A stretch of 64,000 bases of DNA from an uncultured bacterium. GTDB lineage: Bacteria; Bacillota; Clostridia; Christensenellales; HGM11417. Position numbers and translations under genes: made by a program. The notes under the pieces were generated by a model. That model saw only the letters and a program-made list of their open reading frames with translations. It had not been told where the DNA came from and searched no databases. The stretch spans positions 262,610 through 326,609 of the forward strand of contig CAJMQN010000002.1 of assembly GCA_905215695.1 (NCBI GenBank), in the 5' to 3' direction. Shown here in pieces: positions 60,946 to 64,000 of this stretch (the first letter of the stretch is position 1; the number at the start of each line of letters is the position of its first letter).

Positions 60946-62832
60946 TTAAGAATAATCGTCTTTCCACAGTTTGAGCAATTCTTTGATTTGACCCGAAATC
61001 TTCTTGCCAACGTCCGTGTCCGCAACCTTGATTCTCTTCTTCGCCGTCTCGAATATCGTCACCGTCGAATGAATGTCCGTGTGTTTCTTGATTGCGCTCT
61101 CGATACTCTCGAAACTTTGGTGCGCCGCAAGCCGCATTCCCCAACTGTTATAAATCAGCGTGTAACCCGCGATTCCCGTCCGCTCCTGATACGCCTTGCA
61201 GAATCCGCCGTCTATCACGATTAGCTTTCCGCCCGCTTTCACCGGGTTCTCCCCCGAAATTACAGGGATATGTCCGTTGACGATATGGCTCACGTTCGGG
61301 TCAAGTCCGAATTCTTCCAAAATCTTGTCGCAGATTTCCACGCGGTCATAGATGTGATAATAGCTGTTCTTCGTCTCCGTGTGCGTGCTCTCGTCCTCCA
61401 AGTACTGCCGCTCGAAGGTCGCCATTCTGTCCCGCCCGAAGAGCGGCGAAACGTGACCGCACCACAGATACCAACAAAAATCCGTTTCCCGCGCGTTTAT
61501 CCTACCCTGACGGTATCCCGCATACGCCTTTCGCACCATGCGGTCGCAGTAGTCCAACAACGCTTTGCCGCAATAGCCTTCGCCCTCCGCCTCGTAGCAC
61601 TCGAATTCGTCCCCCTTCATCGGGATACAGCCGTGGAAGAGCAGATTTCCGTTGTAAATTTTGTAAATCGAACCCGATTTCATGAGAAAATCCAAGTGCC
61701 GCTGGAGCCGCTCGCTCTCCCGAAAGGATTTGGCGAGATTCTCCAAAATCCGCGTCTCCTCTTCGGTCAGCGAAAAATCGGGTTTTCCCGGGAAATCGTT
61801 TCCCTTCAAACGGACTTTCGAGCCGTCCGAAAGGGTCAAAATATTGTCCTCAATCCGGTTTAAAAACAGCCTGTCCTCCATGCCGTATTCGGGGTGCGCG
61901 AGTATCGTCTGTCCCTCGAGTTTTTGGCAGAGCATAAACACCGCTTTGCGCATTTTCGCGACAATTTCCCCTTCCGCCTTGCACCCGTGCGGCGCAAAGG
62001 CGGGGTCTTGCTCATAGTGCTTGTCCGCGTAAAACGCGAGCTCGCGCAGGTTGATTCCGTAACCGCGTTCCAAAAGCTCGATATTGCCGTACTTGAGCGA
62101 AATTTCGATGATATTCGCGATACAGGGCAGATTGCCCATGGCGCCGCCAATCCAACAGATGTCATGGTTGCCCCACTGCACGTCGCAGGAATGGTGCTCG
62201 CAGAGAATGTCGAGGATTCTGTCCGGACGGGAACCGCGGTCGAAGATGTCCCCCACAATGTGCAGGTGGTCCACCGCGAGGCGTTTGATGAGCTTGCAGA
62301 GAGCGCGCACGAATGCGTCCGCGCGGTTTAAGGAGATAATCTCGTCGAAAATCTCCATGTAGTACTCTTCCTTGTTGGAGACGCTTCGGTCAACGTTGAG
62401 CATTTCGTCGATGATGTACTCAAAGTCCTTGGGGAGACTTTTTCTCACCTTGCTCCTCGTGTACTTGCTCGAAACCGTCTTGGCGATTTCCACAAGGCGG
62501 AAGAGCAGAATTTTGTAAAATTCCTTGTCCACCATGCCGAGCGCCTTGCATTCCTCGAGCTTGCGGCGGGGATAATAGATGATTGTCGAAAGCAAATCGC
62601 GTTCCGCCGTCGTCATGCTGTCCGAAAACAGTTTATCGACCTTCTCGCGGACAACGCCGCTACAGTTGTTCATGATATGGCAAAACGCCTCGTATTCCCC
62701 GTGCAGGTCGCTCATGAAGTGCTCCGTGCCCTTCGGCAGGCGCAAAATCGCCTCAAGGTTGATTATTTCTGTCGCGATTGCCTGCGCGCTGTCATATTTT
62801 TCCCGCAATAATTTTTCGTAAACCGGATTCAA
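60946..62832 (-). CDS. fbp: Fructose-1,6-bisphosphatase class 3
   Basis: 628 aa. LPKGTEHFMSDLHGEYEAF and GDIFDRG metallophosphoesterase motifs. Size is typical of Firmicute Fbp. Confidence 0.9.
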   Translation of the reverse strand: MNPVYEKLLREKYDSAQAIATEIINLEAILRLPKGTEHFMSDLHGEYEAFCHIMNNCSGVVREKVDKLFSDSMTTAERDLLSTIIYYPRRKLEECKALGMVDKEFYKILLFRLVEIAKTVSSKYTRSKVRKSLPKDFEYIIDEMLNVDRSVSNKEEYYMEIFDEIISLNRADAFVRALCKLIKRLAVDHLHIVGDIFDRGSRPDRILDILCEHHSCDVQWGNHDICWIGGAMGNLPCIANIIEISLKYGNIELLERGYGINLRELAFYADKHYEQDPAFAPHGCKAEGEIVAKMRKAVFMLCQKLEGQTILAHPEYGMEDRLFLNRIEDNILTLSDGSKVRLKGNDFPGKPDFSLTEEETRILENLAKSFRESERLQRHLDFLMKSGSIYKIYNGNLLFHGCIPMKGDEFECYEAEGEGYCGKALLDYCDRMVRKAYAGYRQGRINARETDFCWYLWCGHVSPLFGRDRMATFERQYLEDESTHTETKNSYYHIYDRVEICDKILEEFGLDPNVSHIVNGHIPVISGENPVKAGGKLIVIDGGFCKAYQERTGIAGYTLIYNSWGMRLAAHQSFESIESAIKKHTDIHSTVTIFETAKKRIKVADTDVGKKISGQIKELLKLWKDDYS

Positions 62833-64000
62833 TCCTCTTTCTCCTTTTCGGGGTTCTTCTTTTCCTCGCGCTTGATTTTCACTTTGGCGATGAGGGTATA
62901 AACCGTGGGAATGAGCACGAGCGTCACGAGCGTGCCCAAGAGCATGCCGCCGATGACCACGATGCCCATGGGCTGTAAAAGTTCGCTCCCCTTGCCGATG
63001 CCGAGGGCGAGCGGGACGAGCGCGAGAACGGTCGTCAGCGTGGTCATGAGTATCGGGCGCAGGCGGGACTCGGTGCCCGCAAGCACTGCTTCGTAGTGGT
63101 CCATGCCGCCCTTTCGGAGTTCCTCTATCTTATCAATCATGACGATTGCGTTGTTGACGATGACGCCGATAAGCATGATGACGCCGATGAAGGAAACCAC
63201 GTTCAGCGTGGTGCCCGTAATCGCAAGCGCAAGAAATCCGCCCGTGAAGGAGAACGGAATCGAAAACATGATAATGAAGGGCTTTTTCAGGCTCTCGAAC
63301 TGCGACGCCATAATCGCAAAGACGAGGAACAGAGAAATCACCAACGCCACGACGAGACCGGAGAACGCTTCCCCGAGATACTTCGTCACGCCGCTCGACT
63401 CCATTTCGTAGCCTTCGTATTCGGGATTTGCAAGCACTTCGTTTGCGATGTCCTTAATTTTCTTTTCGACCGTACCCGAATCCACGCCGTAGATTTCTGC
63501 GGAAATTTCGAGGGTCAGGTTTCCGTTCAGTTTCTTGACGACTGTCGGGACTTCGACCCGCTCGATTCCTTTGTCATTCAGGAGTTCGGAGAGCGTGACG
63601 GCGGGTTTGTCGCCCGACGCCGGAAAAATCAGGAGATTTTCGAGCTCTTCAAGGGAGGCGACGCCGCCGAAGGACACGTTGAGTTCGGTCTTGGTTCCGG
63701 CGATGTCCGCGTCCGCGCCCATGCCCGCAAGACCGATACGCAGGGTCTTGACGAGCGCATCATAGGTCACCTGCGACATGCCGTGCGAGGACGCCGCCGC
63801 GAGCACCTTGCTTTGGTCGAGGTTGATGCGGAGCTGGGTCTGTTTGTCGCCGAGACTGCCGGACACCGAGGTCACACCCTCGATTTCCTGCGCGCGGCGC
63901 ACGATTTCGGTCTGAATCTCTTTTAAGACGCTTTCGTCCTTGCCGTTCACGGAGATGGATACGCCCGAAACGCCGTTCATGAGCATCTCCACAACGCCGT
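62829..64000 (-). CDS. RND efflux transporter permease, C-terminal part (N-terminus beyond right window edge)
   Basis: The frame is open to the window end. The C-terminal TM bundle is LMTTLTTVLALVPLALGIGKGSELLQPMGIVVIGGMLLGTLVTLVLIPTVY, which is AcrB-family. Confidence 0.8.
   Translation of the reverse strand, partial: GVVEMLMNGVSGVSISVNGKDESVLKEIQTEIVRRAQEIEGVTSVSGSLGDKQTQLRINLDQSKVLAAASSHGMSQVTYDALVKTLRIGLAGMGADADIAGTKTELNVSFGGVASLEELENLLIFPASGDKPAVTLSELLNDKGIERVEVPTVVKKLNGNLTLEISAEIYGVDSGTVEKKIKDIANEVLANPEYEGYEMESSGVTKYLGEAFSGLVVALVISLFLVFAIMASQFESLKKPFIIMFSIPFSFTGGFLALAITGTTLNVVSFIGVIMLIGVIVNNAIVMIDKIEELRKGGMDHYEAVLAGTESRLRPILMTTLTTVLALVPLALGIGKGSELLQPMGIVVIGGMLLGTLVTLVLIPTVYTLIAKVKIKREEKKNPEKEKED

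Overview
Visibly GC-rich, Clostridia-like chromosomal segment (taxon is an inference from gene content and style). It holds about 65 protein genes, nearly all on the minus strand. High GC produces many long spurious antisense ORFs in the supplied track, and several true genes carry false N-terminal extensions that I trimmed using RBS and homology logic. Content from left to right: (1) A truncated Cys-rich tandem-repeat lipoprotein that is missing from the ORF track, plus a small tyrosine recombinase. (2) A complete glycyl-radical-enzyme bacterial microcompartment (BMC) locus at 2.5-18.4 kb, matching the fucose/rhamnose to 1,2-propanediol type (GRM5-like). It encodes the GRE and its activase, a class II aldolase, CoA-acylating aldehyde dehydrogenase, PduL, two alcohol dehydrogenases, PduS/PduT-like redox proteins, a DUF336 protein, EutP/PduV, seven shell genes and a DeoR regulator. 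(3) Housekeeping and envelope genes: PHP phosphatase, GH37-like, mutY, a Wzz/BY-kinase-like/Wzy trio, a glmU-fragment-glmM-glmS operon, uppP and ung. (4) SHOCT membrane paralogs, an amino-acid ABC transporter and a MacB-like ABC protein. (5) A nine-gene V-type ATPase operon. (6) rpiB, an LMW phosphatase and tsaC; a ZIP transporter; and an ArsR/permease/thioredoxin-like operon. (7) A pentapeptide protein, GH78-like and GH28-like glycosidases, BI-1, an ABC-F protein, small hypotheticals, FBPase class 3 and a truncated RND pump. The most interesting items: a ParA-type ATPase with a tiny disordered basic partner embedded in the BMC operon, which may be a metabolosome positioning module; a ~145-nt structured element present twice with compensatory base changes, one copy inside the BMC operon; unusual encapsulation-peptide cargo (a Zn-dependent ADH, DUF336, and an aldolase with a Cys cluster); and an ArsR gene with an in-frame TGA at an expected Gly. 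No rRNA, tRNA, CRISPR array or clear mobile element was found.
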